From NCBI RefSeq assembly GCF_009914755.1, contig NC_060932.1: a stretch of 64,000 nucleotides of DNA; one strand, 5' to 3'. The stretch comes from the human T2T-CHM13v2.0 reference genome, Homo sapiens. The notes under the pieces are model-generated. The model was given only the letters and a program-made list of their open reading frames with translations, made no database searches and was not told the origin of the DNA. Positions 38,501 to 51,900 of this stretch are shown one piece after another; the stretch's first letter is position 1, and each line of letters begins with the position of its first letter. Made by a program: the position numbers and the translations under genes.

Positions 38501-41500
38501 AGCAGGTTTGAAACAATCTTCTCGTACTATCTGGCAGTGGACATTTTGAGCTCTTTGGGGCCTATGCTGAAAAAGGAAATATCTTCCGACAAAAACTAGA
38601 CAGAAGCATTCGCAGAATCACGTTTGTGATGTGTGCACTCAACTGTCAGAATTGAACCTTGGTTTGGAGAGAGCACTTTTGAAACACTCTTTTTGTAGAA
38701 TCTGCAGGTGGATATTTGGCTAGCTTTGAGGATTTCGTTGGAAACGGTAATGTCTTCAAAGAAAATCTAGACAGAAGCATTCTCAGAAACACCTTCGTGA
38801 TGTTTGCAATCAAGTCACAGAGTTGAACCTTCCGTTTCATAGAGCAGGTTGGAAACACACTTTTTGTAGTATCTGGAAGTGGACATTTGGAGGGCTTTGT
38901 AGCCTATCTGGAAAAAGGAAATATCTTCCCATGAATGCGAGATAGAAGTAATCTCAGAAACATGTTTATGCTGTATCTACTCAACTAACTGTGCTGAACA
39001 TTTCTATTGATAGAGCAGTTTTGAGACACTCTTCTTTTGGAATCTGCAAGTGGATATTTGGATAGATTTGAGGATTTCGTTGGAAACGGGATTATATATA
39101 AAAAGTAGACAGCAGCATTCTCAGAAACTTCTTTGTGATGTTTGCATCCAGCTCCCAGAGTTGAACATTCCCTTTCATAGAGTAGGTTTGAAACCCTCTT
39201 TTTATAGTGTCTGGAAGCGGGCATTTGGAGCGCTTTCAGGCCTATGCTGAAAAAGGAAATATCTACCTATAGAAACTAGACAGAAGCATTCTGAGAATCA
39301 CGTTTGTGATGTGGGTACTCAACTAACAGTGTTGATCCATTCTTTTGATACAGCAGTTTTGAACCACACTTTTTGTAGAATCTGCAAGTGGATATTTGGA
39401 TAGCTGTGAGGATTTCGTTGGAAACGGGAATGTCTTCATAGAAAATTTAGACAGAAGCATTCTCAGAACCTTGATTGTGATGTGTGTTCTCCACTAACAG
39501 AGTTGAACCTTTCTTTTGACAGAACTGTTCTGAAACATTCTTTTTATAGAATCTGGAAGTGGATATTTGGAAAGCTTTGAGGATTTCGTTGGAAACGGGA
39601 ATATCTTCAAATCAAATCTAGCCAGAAGCATTCTAAGAAACAGCTTAGGGATGTTTACATTCAAGTCACAGAGTTGAACATTCCCTTTCACAGAGCAGGT
39701 TTGAAACAATCTTCTCGTACTATCTGGCAGTGGACATTTTGAGCTCTTTGGGGCCTATGCTGAAAAAGGAAATATCTTCCGACAAAAACTAGACAGAAGC
39801 ATTCGCAGAATCACGTTTGTGATGTGTGCACTCAACTGTCAGAATTGAACCTTGGTTTGGACAGAGCACTTTTGAAACACTCTTTTTGTAGAATCTGCAG
39901 GTGGATATTTGGCTAGCTTTGAGGATTTCGTTGGAAACGGTAATGTCTTCAAAGAAAATCTAGACAGAAGCATTCTCAGAAACAACTTCGTGATGTTTGC
40001 AATCAAGTCACAGAGTTGAACCTTCCGTTTCATAGAGCAGGTTGGAAACACACTTTTTGTAGTATCTGGAAGTGGACATTTGGAGGGCTTTGTAGCCTAT
40101 CTGGAAAAAGGAAATATCTTCCCATGAATGCGAGATAGAAGTAATCTCAGAAACATGTTTATGCTGTATCTACTCAACTAACTGTGCTGAACATTTCTAT
40201 TGATAGAGCAGTTTTGAGACACTCTTCTTTTGGAATCTGCAAGTGGATATTTGGATAGATTTGAGGATTTCGTTGGAAACGGGATTATATATAAAAAGTA
40301 GACAGCAGCATTCTCAGAAACTTCTTTGTGATGTTTGCATCCAGCTCTCAGAGTTGAACATTCCCTTTCATAGAGTAGGTTTGAAACCCTCTTTTTATAG
40401 TGTCTGGAAGCGGGCATTTGGAGCGCTTTCAGGCCTATGCTTAAAATAGGAAATATCTACCTACAGAAACTAGACAGAAGCATTCTGAGAATCACGTTTG
40501 TGATGTGGGTACTCAACTAACAGTGTTGATCCATTCTTTTGATACAGCAGTTTTGAACCACACTTTTTGTAGAATCTGCAAGAGGATATTTGGATAGCTG
40601 TGAGGATTTCGTTGGAAACGGGAATGTCTTCAAAGAAAATCTAGACAGAAGCATTCTCAGAAACACCTTCGTGATGTTTGCAATCAAGTCACAGAGTTGA
40701 ACCTTCCGTTTCATAGAGCAGGTTGGAAACACTCTTATTGTAGTATCTGGAAGTGGACATTTGGAGCGCTTTCAGGCCTATGGTGAAAAAGGAAATATCT
40801 TCCCATCAAAACGACATAGAAGCTATCTCAGGAACTTGTTTATGATGCATCTAATCAACTAACAGTGTTGAACCTTTGTACTGACAGAGCACTTTGAAAC
40901 ACTCTTTTTTTGGAATCTCAAGTGGATATTTGGATCGCTTTGAGGATTTCGTTGGAAACGGGATGCAATATAAAACGTACACAGCAGCATACTCAGAAAA
41001 TACTTTGCCATATTTCCATTCAAGTCACAGAGTGGAACATTCCCATTCATAGAGCAGGTTGGAAACACTCTTTTTGGAGTATCTGGAAGTGGACATTTGG
41101 AGCGCTTTCTGAACTATGGTGAAAAAGGAAATATCTTCCAATGAAAACAAGACAGAAGCATTCTGAGAAACTTATTTGTGATGTGTGTCCTCAACAAACG
41201 GACTTGAACCTTTCGTTTCATGCAGTACTTCTGGAACACTCTTTTTGAAGATTCTGCATGCGGATATTTGGATAGCTTTGAGGATTTCGTTGGAAACGGG
41301 CTTACATGTAAAAATTAGACAGCAGCATTCTCAGAAACTTCTTTGTGGTGTCTGCATTCAAGTCACAGAATTGAACTTCCCCTCACATAGAGCAGTTGTG
41401 CAGCACTCTATTTGTAGTATCTGGAAGTGGACATTTGGAGGGCTTTGTAGCCTATCTGGAAAAAGGAAATATCTTCCCATGAATGCGAGATAGAAGTAAT

Positions 41501-44500
41501 CTCAGAAACATGTTTATGCTGTATCTACTCAACTAACTGTGCTGAACATTTCTATTGATAGAGCAGTTTTGAGACCCTCTTCTTTTGGAATCTGCAAGTG
41601 GATATTTGGATAGATTTGAGGATTTCGTTGGAAACGGGATTATATATAAAAAGTAGACAGCAGCATTCTCAGAAACTTCTTTGTGATGTTTGCATCCAGC
41701 TCTCAGAGTTGAACATTCCCTTTCATAGAGTAGGTTTGAAACCCTCTTTTTATAGTGTCTGGAAGCGGGCATTTGGAGCGCTTTCAGGCCTATGCTGAAA
41801 AAGGAGATATCTACCTATAGAAACTAGACAGAAGCATTCTGAGAATCACGTTTGTGATGTGGGTACTCAACTAACAGTGTTGATCCATTCTTTTGATACA
41901 GCAGTTTTGAACCACACTTTTTGTAGAATCTGCAAGTGGATATTTGGATAGCTGTGAGGATTTCGTTGGAAACGGGAATGTCTTCATAGAAAATTTAGAC
42001 AGAAGCATTCTCAGAACCTTGATTGTGATGTGTGTTCTCCACTAACAGAGTTGAACCTTTCTTTTGACAGAACTGTTCTGAAACATTCTTTTTATAGAAT
42101 CTGGAAGTGGATATTTGGAAAGCTTTGAGGATTTCGTTGGAAACGGGAATATCTTCAAATAAAATCTAGCCAGAAGCATTCTAAGAAACATCTTAGGGAT
42201 GTTTACATTCAAGTCACAGAGTTGAACATTCCCTTTCACAGAGCAGGTTTGAAACAATCTTCTCGTACTATCTGGCAGTGGACATTTTGAGCTCTTTGGG
42301 GCCTATGCTGAAAAAGGAAATATCTTCCGACAAAAACTAGACAGAAGCATTCGCAGAATCACGTTTGTGATGTGTGCACTCAACTGTCAGAATTGAACCT
42401 TGGTTTGGAGAGAGCACTTTTGAAACACTCTTTTTGTAGAATCTGCAGGTGGATATTTGGCTAGCTTTGAGGATTTCGTTGGAAACGGTAATGTCTTCAA
42501 AGAAAATCTAGACAGAAGCATTCTCAGAAACACCTTCGTGATGTTTGCAATCAAGTCACAGAGTTGAACCTTCCGTTTCATAGAGCAGGTTGGAAACACA
42601 CTTTTTGTAGTATCTGGAAGTGGACATTTGGAGGGCTTTGTAGCCTATCTGGAAAAAGGAAATATCTTCCCATGAATGCGAGATAGAAGTAATCTCAGAA
42701 ACATGTTTATGCTGTATCTACTCAACTAACTGTGCTGAACATTTCTATTGATAGAGCAGTTTTGAGACACTCTTCTTTTGGAATCTGCAAGTGGATATTT
42801 GGATAGATTTGAGGATTTCGTTGGAAACGGGATTATATATAAAAAGTAGACAGCAGCATTCTCAGAAACTTCTTTGTGATGTTTGCATCTAGCTCCCAGA
42901 GTTGAACATTCCCTTTCATAGAGTAGTTTTGAAACCCTCTTTTTATAGTGTCTGGAAGCGGGCATTTGGAGCGCTTTCAGGCCTATGCTGAAAAAGGAAA
43001 TATCTACCTATAGAAACTAGACAGAAGCATTCTGAGAATCACGTTTGTGATGTGGGTACTCAACTAACAGTGTTGATCCATTCTTTTGATACAGCAGTTT
43101 TGAACCACACTTTTTGTAGAATCTGCAAGTGGATATTTGGATAGCTGTGAGGATTTCGTTGGAAACGGGAATGTCTTCATAGAAAATTTAGACAGAAGCA
43201 TTCTCAGAACCTTGATTGTGATGTGTGTTCTCCACTAACAGAGTTGAACCTTTCTTTTGACAGAACTGTTCTGAAACATTCTTTTTATAGAATCTGGAAG
43301 TGGATATTTGGAAAGCTTTGAGGATTTCGTTGGAAACGGGAATATCTTCAAATCAAATCTAGCCAGAAGCATTCTAAGAAACAGCTTAGGGATGTTTACA
43401 TTCAAGTCACAGAGTTGAACATTCCCTTTCACAGAGCAGGTTTGAAACAATCTTCTCGTACTATCTGGCAGTGGACATTTTGAGCTCCTTGGGGCCTATG
43501 CTGAAAAAGGAAATATCTTCCGACAAAAACTAGACAGAAGCATTCGCAGAATCACGTTTGTGATGTGTGCACTCAACTGTCAGAATTGAACCTTGGTTTG
43601 GAGAGAGCACTTTTGAAACACTCTTTTTGTAGAATCTGCAGGTGGATATTTGGCTAGCTTTGAGGATTTCGTTGGAAACGGTAATGTCTTCAAAGAAAAT
43701 CTAGACAGAAGCATTCTCAGAAACACCTTCGTGATGTTTGCAATCAAGTCACAGAGTTGAACCTTCCGTTTCATAGAGCAGGTTGGAAACACTCTTTTTG
43801 TAGTATCTGGAAGTGGACATTTGGAGGGCTTTGTAGCCTATCTGGAAAAAGGAAATATCTTCCCATGAATGCGAGATAGAAGTAATCTCAGAAACATGTT
43901 TATGCTGTATCTACTCAACTAACTGTGCTGAACATTTCTATTGATAGAGCAGTTTTGAGACACTCTTCTTTTGGAATCTGCAAGTGGATATTTGGATAGA
44001 TTTGAGGATTTCGTTGGAAACGGGATTATATATAAAAAGTAGACAGCAGCATTCTCAGAAACTTCTTTGTGATGTTTGCATCCAGCTCTCAGAGTTGAAC
44101 ATTCCCTTTCATAGAGTAGGTTTGAAACCCTCTTTTTATAGTGTCTGGAAGCGGGCATTTGGAGCGCTTTCAGGCCTATGCTTAAAATAGGAAATATCTA
44201 CCTACAGAAACTAGACAGAAGCATTCTGAGAATCACGTTTGTGATGTGGGTACTCAACTAACAGTGTTGATCCATTCTTTTGATACAGCAGTTTTGAACC
44301 ACACTTTTTGTAGAATCTGCAAGAGGATATTTGGATAGCTGTGAGGATTTCGTTGGAAACGGGAATGTCTTCAAAGAAAATCTAGACAGAAGCATTCTCA
44401 GAAACACCTTCGTGATGTTTGCAATCAAGTCACAGAGTTGAACCTTCCGTTTCATAGAGCAGGTTGGAAACACTCTTATTGTAGTATCTGGAAGTGGACA

Positions 44501-44563
44501 TTTGGAGCGCTTTCAGGCCTATGGTGAAAAAGGAAATATCTTCCCATAAAAACGACATAGAAG
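29597..44563 (+). repeat. Four tandem 22-mer HORs (3742, 3742, 3742, 3741 bp)
   Basis: m1 starts at 29597, 33339, 37081, 40823, 44564; 1-bp deletion at 40918/40919. Confidence 0.95.
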
Positions 44564-45919
44564 CTATCTCAGGAACTTGTTTATGATGCATCTAATCAAC
44601 CAACAGTGTTGAACCTTTGTACTGACAGAGCACTTTGAAACACTCTTTTTTTGGAATCTGCAAGTGGATATTTGGATCGCTTTGAGGATTTCGTTGGAAA
44701 CGGGATGCAATATAAAACGTACACAGCAGCATACTCAGAAAATACTTTGCCATATTTCCATTCAAGTCACAGAGTGGAACATTCCCATTCATAGAGCAGG
44801 TTGGAAACACTCTTTTTGGAGTATCTGGAAGTGGACATTTGGAGCGCTTTCTGAACTATGGTGAAAAAGGAAATATCTTCCAATGAAAACAAGACAGAAG
44901 CATTCTGAGAAACTTATTTGTGATGTGTGTCCTCAACAAACGGACTTGAACCTTTCGTTTCATGCAGTACTTCTGGAACACTCTTTTTGAAGATTCTGCA
45001 TGCGGATATTTGGATAGCTTTGAGGATTTCGTTGGAAACGGGCTTACATGTAAAAATTAGACAGCAGCATTCTCAGAAACTTCTTTGTGGTGTCTGCATT
45101 CAAGTCACAGAATTGAACTTCCCCTCACATAGAGCAGTTGTGCAGCACTCTATTTGTAGTATCTGGAAGTGGACATTTGGAGGGCTTTGTAGCCTATCTG
45201 GAAAAAGGAAATATCTTCCCATGAATGCGAGATAGAAGTAATCTCAGAAACATGTTTATGCTGTATCTACTCAACTAACTGTGCTGAACATTTCTATTGA
45301 TAGAGCAGTTTTGAGACACTCTTCTTTTGGAATCTGCAAGTGGATATTTGGATAGATTTGAGGATTTCGTTGGAAACGGGATTATATATAAAAAGTAGAC
45401 AGCAGCATTCTCAGAAACTTCTTTGTGATGTTTGCATATAGCTCTCAGAGTTGAACACTCCCTTTCATAGAGTAGGTTTGAAACCCTCTTTTTATAGTGT
45501 CTGGAAGCGGGCATTTTGAGCGCTTTCAGGCCTATGCTTAAAATAGGAAATATCTACCTATAGAAACTAGACAGAAGCATTCTGAGAATCACGTTTGTGA
45601 TGTGGGTACTCAACTAACAGTGTTGATCCATTCTTTTGATACAGCAGTTTTGAACCACACTTTTTGTAGAATCTGCAAGAGGATATTTGGATAGCTGTGA
45701 GGATTTCGTTGGAAACGGGAATGTCTTCAAAGAAAATCTAGACAGAAGCATTCTCAGAAACACCTTCGTGATGTTTGCAATCAAGTCACAGAGTTGAACC
45801 TTCCGTTTCATACAGCAGGTTGGAAACACTCTTATTGTAGTATCTGGAAGGGGACATTTGGAGCGCTTTCAGGCCTATGGTGAAAAAGGAAATATCTTCC
45901 CATAAAAACGACATAGAAG
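44564..45919 (+). repeat. Single 8-mer HOR, 1356 bp (SNV-rich allele)
   Basis: Spacing 44927 to 46283. Confidence 0.94.
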
Positions 45920-48900
45920 CTGTCTCAGGAACTTGTTTATGATGCATCTAATCAACTAACAGTGTTGAACCTTTGTACTGACAGAGCAGTTTGAAACACT
46001 CTTTTTTTGGAATCTGCAAGTGGATATTTGGATCGCTTTGAGGATTTCGTTGGAAACGGGATGCAATATAAAACGTACACAGCAGCATACTCAGAAAATA
46101 CTTTGCCATATTTCCATTCAAGTCACAGAGTGGAACATTCCCATTCATAGAGCAGGTTTGAAACACTCTTTTTGGAGTATCTGGAAGTGGACATTTGGAG
46201 CGCTTTCTGAACTATGGTGAAAAAGGAAATATCTTCCAATGAAAACAAGACAGAAGCATTCTGAGAAACTTATTTGTGATGTGTGTCCTCAACAAACGGA
46301 CTTGAACCTTTCGTTTCATGCAGTACTTCTGGAACACTCTTTTTGAAGATTCTGCATGGGGATATTTGGATAGCTTTGAGGATTTCGTTGGAAACGGGCT
46401 TACATGTAAAAATTAGACAGCAGCATTCTCAGAAACTTCTTTGTGGTGTCTGCATTCAAGTCACAGAATTGAACTTCCCCTCACATAGAGCAGTTGTGCA
46501 GCACTCTATTTGTAGTATCTGGAAGTGGACATTTGGAGGGCTTTGTAGCCTATCTGGAAAAAGGAAATATCTTCCCATGAATGCGAGATAGAAGTAATCT
46601 CAGAAACATGTTTATGCTGTATCTACTCAACTAACTGTGCTGAACATTTCTATTGATAGAGCAGTTTTGAGACACTCTTCTTTTGGAATCTGCAAGTGGA
46701 TATTTGGATAGATTTGAGGATTTCGTTGGAAACGGGATTATATATAAAAAGTAGACAGCAGCATTCTCAGAAACTTCTTTGTGATGTTTGCATCCAGCTC
46801 TCAGAGTTGAACATTCCCTTTCATAGAGTAGGTTTGAAACCCTCTTTTTATAGTGTCTGGAAGCGGGCATTTGGAGCGCTTTCAGGCCTATGCTGAAAAA
46901 GGAGATATCTACCTATAGAAACTAGACAGAAGCATTCTGAGAATCACGTTTGTGATGTGGGTACTCAACTAACAGTGTTGATCCATTCTTTTGATACAGC
47001 AGTTTTGAACCACACTTTTTGTAGAATCTGCAAGTGGATATTTGGATAGCTGTGAGGATTTCGTTGGAAACGGGAATGTCTTCATAGAAAATTTAGAGAG
47101 AAGCATTCTCAGAACCTTGATTGTGATGTGTGTTCTCCACTAACAGAGTTGAACCTTTCTTTTGACAGAACTGTTCTGAAACATTCTTTTTATAGAATCT
47201 GGAAGTGGATATTTGGAAAGCTTTGAGGATTTCGTTGGAAACGGGAATATCTTCAAATAAAATCTAGCCAGAAGCATTCTAAGAAACATCTTAGGGATGT
47301 TTACATTCAAGTCACAGAGTTGAACATTCCCTTTCACAGAGCAGGTTTGAAACAATCTTCTCGTACTATCTGGCAGTGGACATTTTGAGCTCTTTGGGGC
47401 CTATGCTGAAAAAGGAAATATCTTCCGACAAAAACTAGACAGAAGCATTCGCAGAATCACGTTTGTGATGTGTGCACTCAACTGTCAGAATTGAACCTTG
47501 GTTTGGAGAGAGCACTTTTGAAACACTCTTTTTGTAGAATCTGCAGGTGGATATTTGGCTAGCTTTGAGGATTTCGTTGGAAACGGTAATGTCTTCAAAG
47601 AAAATCTAGACAGAAGCATTCTCAGAAACACCTTCGTGATGTTTGCAATCAAGTCACAGAGTTGAACCTTCCGTTTCATAGAGCAGGTTGGAAACACACT
47701 TTTTGTAGTATCTGGAAGTGGACATTTGGAGGGCTTTGTAGCCTATCTGGAAAAAGGAAATATCTTCCCATGAATGCGAGATAGAAGTAATCTCAGAAAC
47801 ATGTTTATGCTGTATCTACTCAACTAACTGTGCTGAACATTTCTATTGATAGAGCAGTTTTGAGACACTCTTCTTTTGGAATCTGCAAGTGGATATTTGG
47901 ATAGATTTGAGGATTTCGTTGGAAACGGGATTATATATAAAAAGTAGACAGCAGCATTCTCAGAAACTTCTTTGTGATGTTTGCATCCAGCTCTCAGAGT
48001 TGAACATTCCCTTTCATAGAGTAGGTTTGAAACCCTCTTTTTATAGTGTCTGGAAGCGGGCATTTGGAGCGCTTTCAGGCCTATGCTGAAAAAGGAAATA
48101 TCTACCTATAGAAACTAGACAGAAGCATTCTGAGAATCACGTTTGTGATGTGGGTACTCAACTAACAGTGTTGATCCATTCTTTTGATACAGCAGTTTTG
48201 AACCACACTTTTTGTAGAATCTGCAAGTGGATATTTGGATAGCTGTGAGGATTTCGTTGGAAACGGGGATGTCTTCATAGAAAATTTAGACAGAAGCATT
48301 CTCAGAACCTTGATTGTGATGTGTGTTCTCCACTAACAGAGTTGAACCTTTCTTTTGACAGAACTGTTCTGAAACATTCTTTTTATAGAATCTGGAAGTG
48401 GATATTTGGAAAGCTTTGAGGATTTCGTTGGAAACGGGAATATCTTCAAATCAAATCTAGCCAGAAGCATTCTAAGAAACATCTTAGGGATGTTTACATT
48501 CAAGTCACAGAGTTGAACATTCCCTTTCACAGAGCAGGTTTGAAACAATCTTCTCGTACTATCTGGCAGTGGACATTTTGAGCTCCTTGGGGCCTATGCT
48601 GAAAAAGGAAATATCTTCCGACAAAAACTAGACAGAAGCATTCGCAGAATCACGTTTGTGATGTGTGCACTCAACTGTCAGAATTGAACCTTGGTTTGGA
48701 CAGAGCACTTTTGAAACACTCTTTTTGTAGAATCTGCAGGTGGATATTTGGCTAGCTTTGAGGATTTCGTTGGAAACGGTAATGTCTTCAAAGAAAATCT
48801 AGACAGAAGCATTCTCAGAAACACCTTCGTGATGTTTGCAATCAAGTCACAGAGTTGAACCTTCCGTTTCATAGAGCAGGTTGGAAACACTCTTTTTGTA

Positions 48901-51900
48901 GTATCTGGAAGTGGACATTTGGAGGGCTTTGTAGCCTATGTGGAAAAAGGAAATATCTTCCCATGAATGCGAGATAGAAGTAATCTCAGAAACATGTTTA
49001 TGCTGTATCTACTCAACTAACTGTGCTGAACATTTCTATTGATAGAGCAGTTTTGAGACACTCTTCTTTTGGAATCTGCAAGTGGATATTTGGAGAGATT
49101 TGAGGATTTCGTTGGAAACGGGATTATATATAAAAAGTAGACAGCAGCATTCTCAGAAACTTCTTTGTGATGTTTGCATCCAGCTCTCAGAGTTGAACAT
49201 TCCCTTTCATAGAGTAGGTTTGAAACCCTCTTTTTATAGTGTCTGGAAGCGGGCATTTGGAGCGCTTTCAGACCTATGCTTAAAATAGGAAATATCTACC
49301 TACAGAAACTAGACAGAAGCATTCTGAGAATCTCGTTTGTGATGTGGGTACTCAACTAACAGTGTTGATCCATTCTTTTGATACAGCAGTTTTGAACCAC
49401 ACTTTTTGTAGAATCTGCAAGAGGATATTTGGATAGCTGTGAGGATTTCGTTGGAAACGGGAATGTCTTCAAAGAAAATCTAGACAGAAACATTCTCAGA
49501 AACACCTTCGTGATGTTTGCAATCAAGTCACAGAGTTGAACCTTCCGTTTCATAGAGCAGGTTGGAAACACTCTTATTGTAGTATCTGGAAGTGGACATT
49601 TGGAGCGCTTTCAGGCCTATGGTGAAAAAGGAAATATCTTCCCATAAAAACGACATAGAAGCTATCTCAGGAACTTGTTTATGATGCATCTAATCAACTA
49701 ACAGTGTTGAACCTTTGTACTGACAGAGCACTTTGAAACACTCTTTTTTTGGAATCTGCAAGTGGATATTTGGATCGCTTTGAGGATTTCGTTGGAAACG
49801 GGATGCAATATAAAACGTACACAGCAGCATACTCAGAAAATACTTTGCCATATTTCCATTCAAGTCACAGAGTGGAACATTCCCATTCATAGAGCAGGTT
49901 GGAAACACTCTTTTTGGAGTATCTGGAAGTGGACATTTGGAGCGCTTTCTGAACTATGGTGAAAAAGGAAATATCTTCCAATGAAAACAAGACAGAAGCA
50001 TTCTGAGAAACTTATTTGTGATGTGTGTCCTCAACAAACGGACTTGAACCTTTCGTTTCATGCAGTACTTCTGGAACACTCTTTTTGAAGATTCTGCATG
50101 CGGATATTTGGATAGCTTTGAGGATTTCGTTGGAAACGGGCTTACATGTAAAAATTAGACAGCAGCATTCTCAGAAACTTCTTTGTGGTGTCTGCATTCA
50201 AGTCACAGAATTGAACTTCCCCTCACATAGAGCAGTTGTGCAGCACTCTATTTGTAGTATCTGGAAGTGGACATTTGGAGGGCTTTGTAGCCTATCTGGA
50301 AAAAGGAAATATCTTCCCATGAATGCGAGATAGAAGTAATCTCAGAAACATGTTTATGCTGTATCTACTCAACTAACTGTGCTGAACATTTCTATTGATA
50401 GAGCAGTTTTGAGACCCTCTTCTTTTGGAATCTGCAAGTGGATATTTGGATAGATTTGAGGATTTCGTTGGAAACGGGATTATATATAAAAAGTAGACAG
50501 CAGCATTCTCAGAAACTTCTTTGTGATGTTTGCATCCAGCTCTCAGAGTTGAACATTCCCTTTCATAGAGTAGGTTTGAAACCCTCTTTTTATAGTGTCT
50601 GGAAGCGGGCATTTGGAGCGCTTTCAGGCCTATGCTGAAAAAGGAGATATCTACCTATAGAAACTAGACAGAAGCATTCTGAGAATCACGTTTGTGATGT
50701 GGGTACTCAACTAACAGTGTTGATCCATTCTTTTGATACAGCAGTTTTGAACCACACTTTTTGTAGAATCTGCAAGTGGATATTTGGATAGCTGTGAGGA
50801 TTTCGTTGGAAACGGGAATGTCTTCATAGAAAATTTAGAGAGAAGCATTCTCAGAACCTTGATTGTGATGTGTGTTCTCCACTAACAGAGTTGAACCTTT
50901 CTTTTGACAGAACTGTTCTGAAACATTCTTTTTATAGAATCTGGAAGTGGATATTTGGAAAGCTTTGAGGATTTCGTTGGAAACGGGAATATCTTCAAAT
51001 AAAATCTAGCCAGAAGCATTCTAAGAAACATCTTAGGGATGTTTACATTCAAGTCACAGAGTTGAACATTCCCTTTCACAGAGCAGGTTTGAAACAATCT
51101 TCTCGTACTATCTGGCAGTGGACATTTTGAGCTCTTTGGGGCCTATGCTGAAAAAGGAAATATCTTCCGACAAAAACTAGACAGAAGCATTCGCAGAATC
51201 ACGTTTGTGATGTGTGCACTCAACTGTCAGAATTGAACCTTGGTTTGGAGAGAGCACTTTTGAAACACTCTTTTTGTAGAATCTGCAGGTGGATATTTGG
51301 CTAGCTTTGAGGATTTCGTTGGAAACGGTAATGTCTTCAAAGAAAATCTAGACAGAAGCATTCTCAGAAACACCTTCGTGATGTTTGCAATCAAGTCACA
51401 GAGTTGAACCTTCCGTTTCATAGAGCAGGTTGGAAACACACTTTTTGTAGTATCTGGAAGTGGACATTTGGAGGGCTTTGTAGCCTATCTGGAAAAAGGA
51501 AATATCTTCCCATGAATGCGAGATAGAAGTAATCTGAGAAACATGTTTATGCTGTATCTACTCAACTAACTGTGCTGAACATTTCTATTGATAGAGCAGT
51601 TTTGAGACACTCTTCTTTTGGAATCTGCAAGTGGATATTTGGATAGATTTGAGGATTTCGTTGGAAACGGGATTATATATAAAAAGTAGACAGCAGCATT
51701 CTCAGAAACTTCTTTGTGATGTTTGCATCCAGCTCCCAGAGTTGAACATTCCCTTTCATAGAGTAGGTTTGAAACCCTCTTTTTATAGTGTCTGGAAGCG
51801 GGCATTTGGAGCGCTTTCAGGCCTATGCTGAAAACGGAAATATCTACCTATAGAAACTAGACAGAAGCATTCTGAGAATCACGTTTGTGATGTGGGTACT

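Noticed and set aside
48252-48268. Variant box TTTCGTTGGAAACGGGG as a loss-of-function box
   Set aside because: Only the non-core terminal base changes; the nine core positions are intact.
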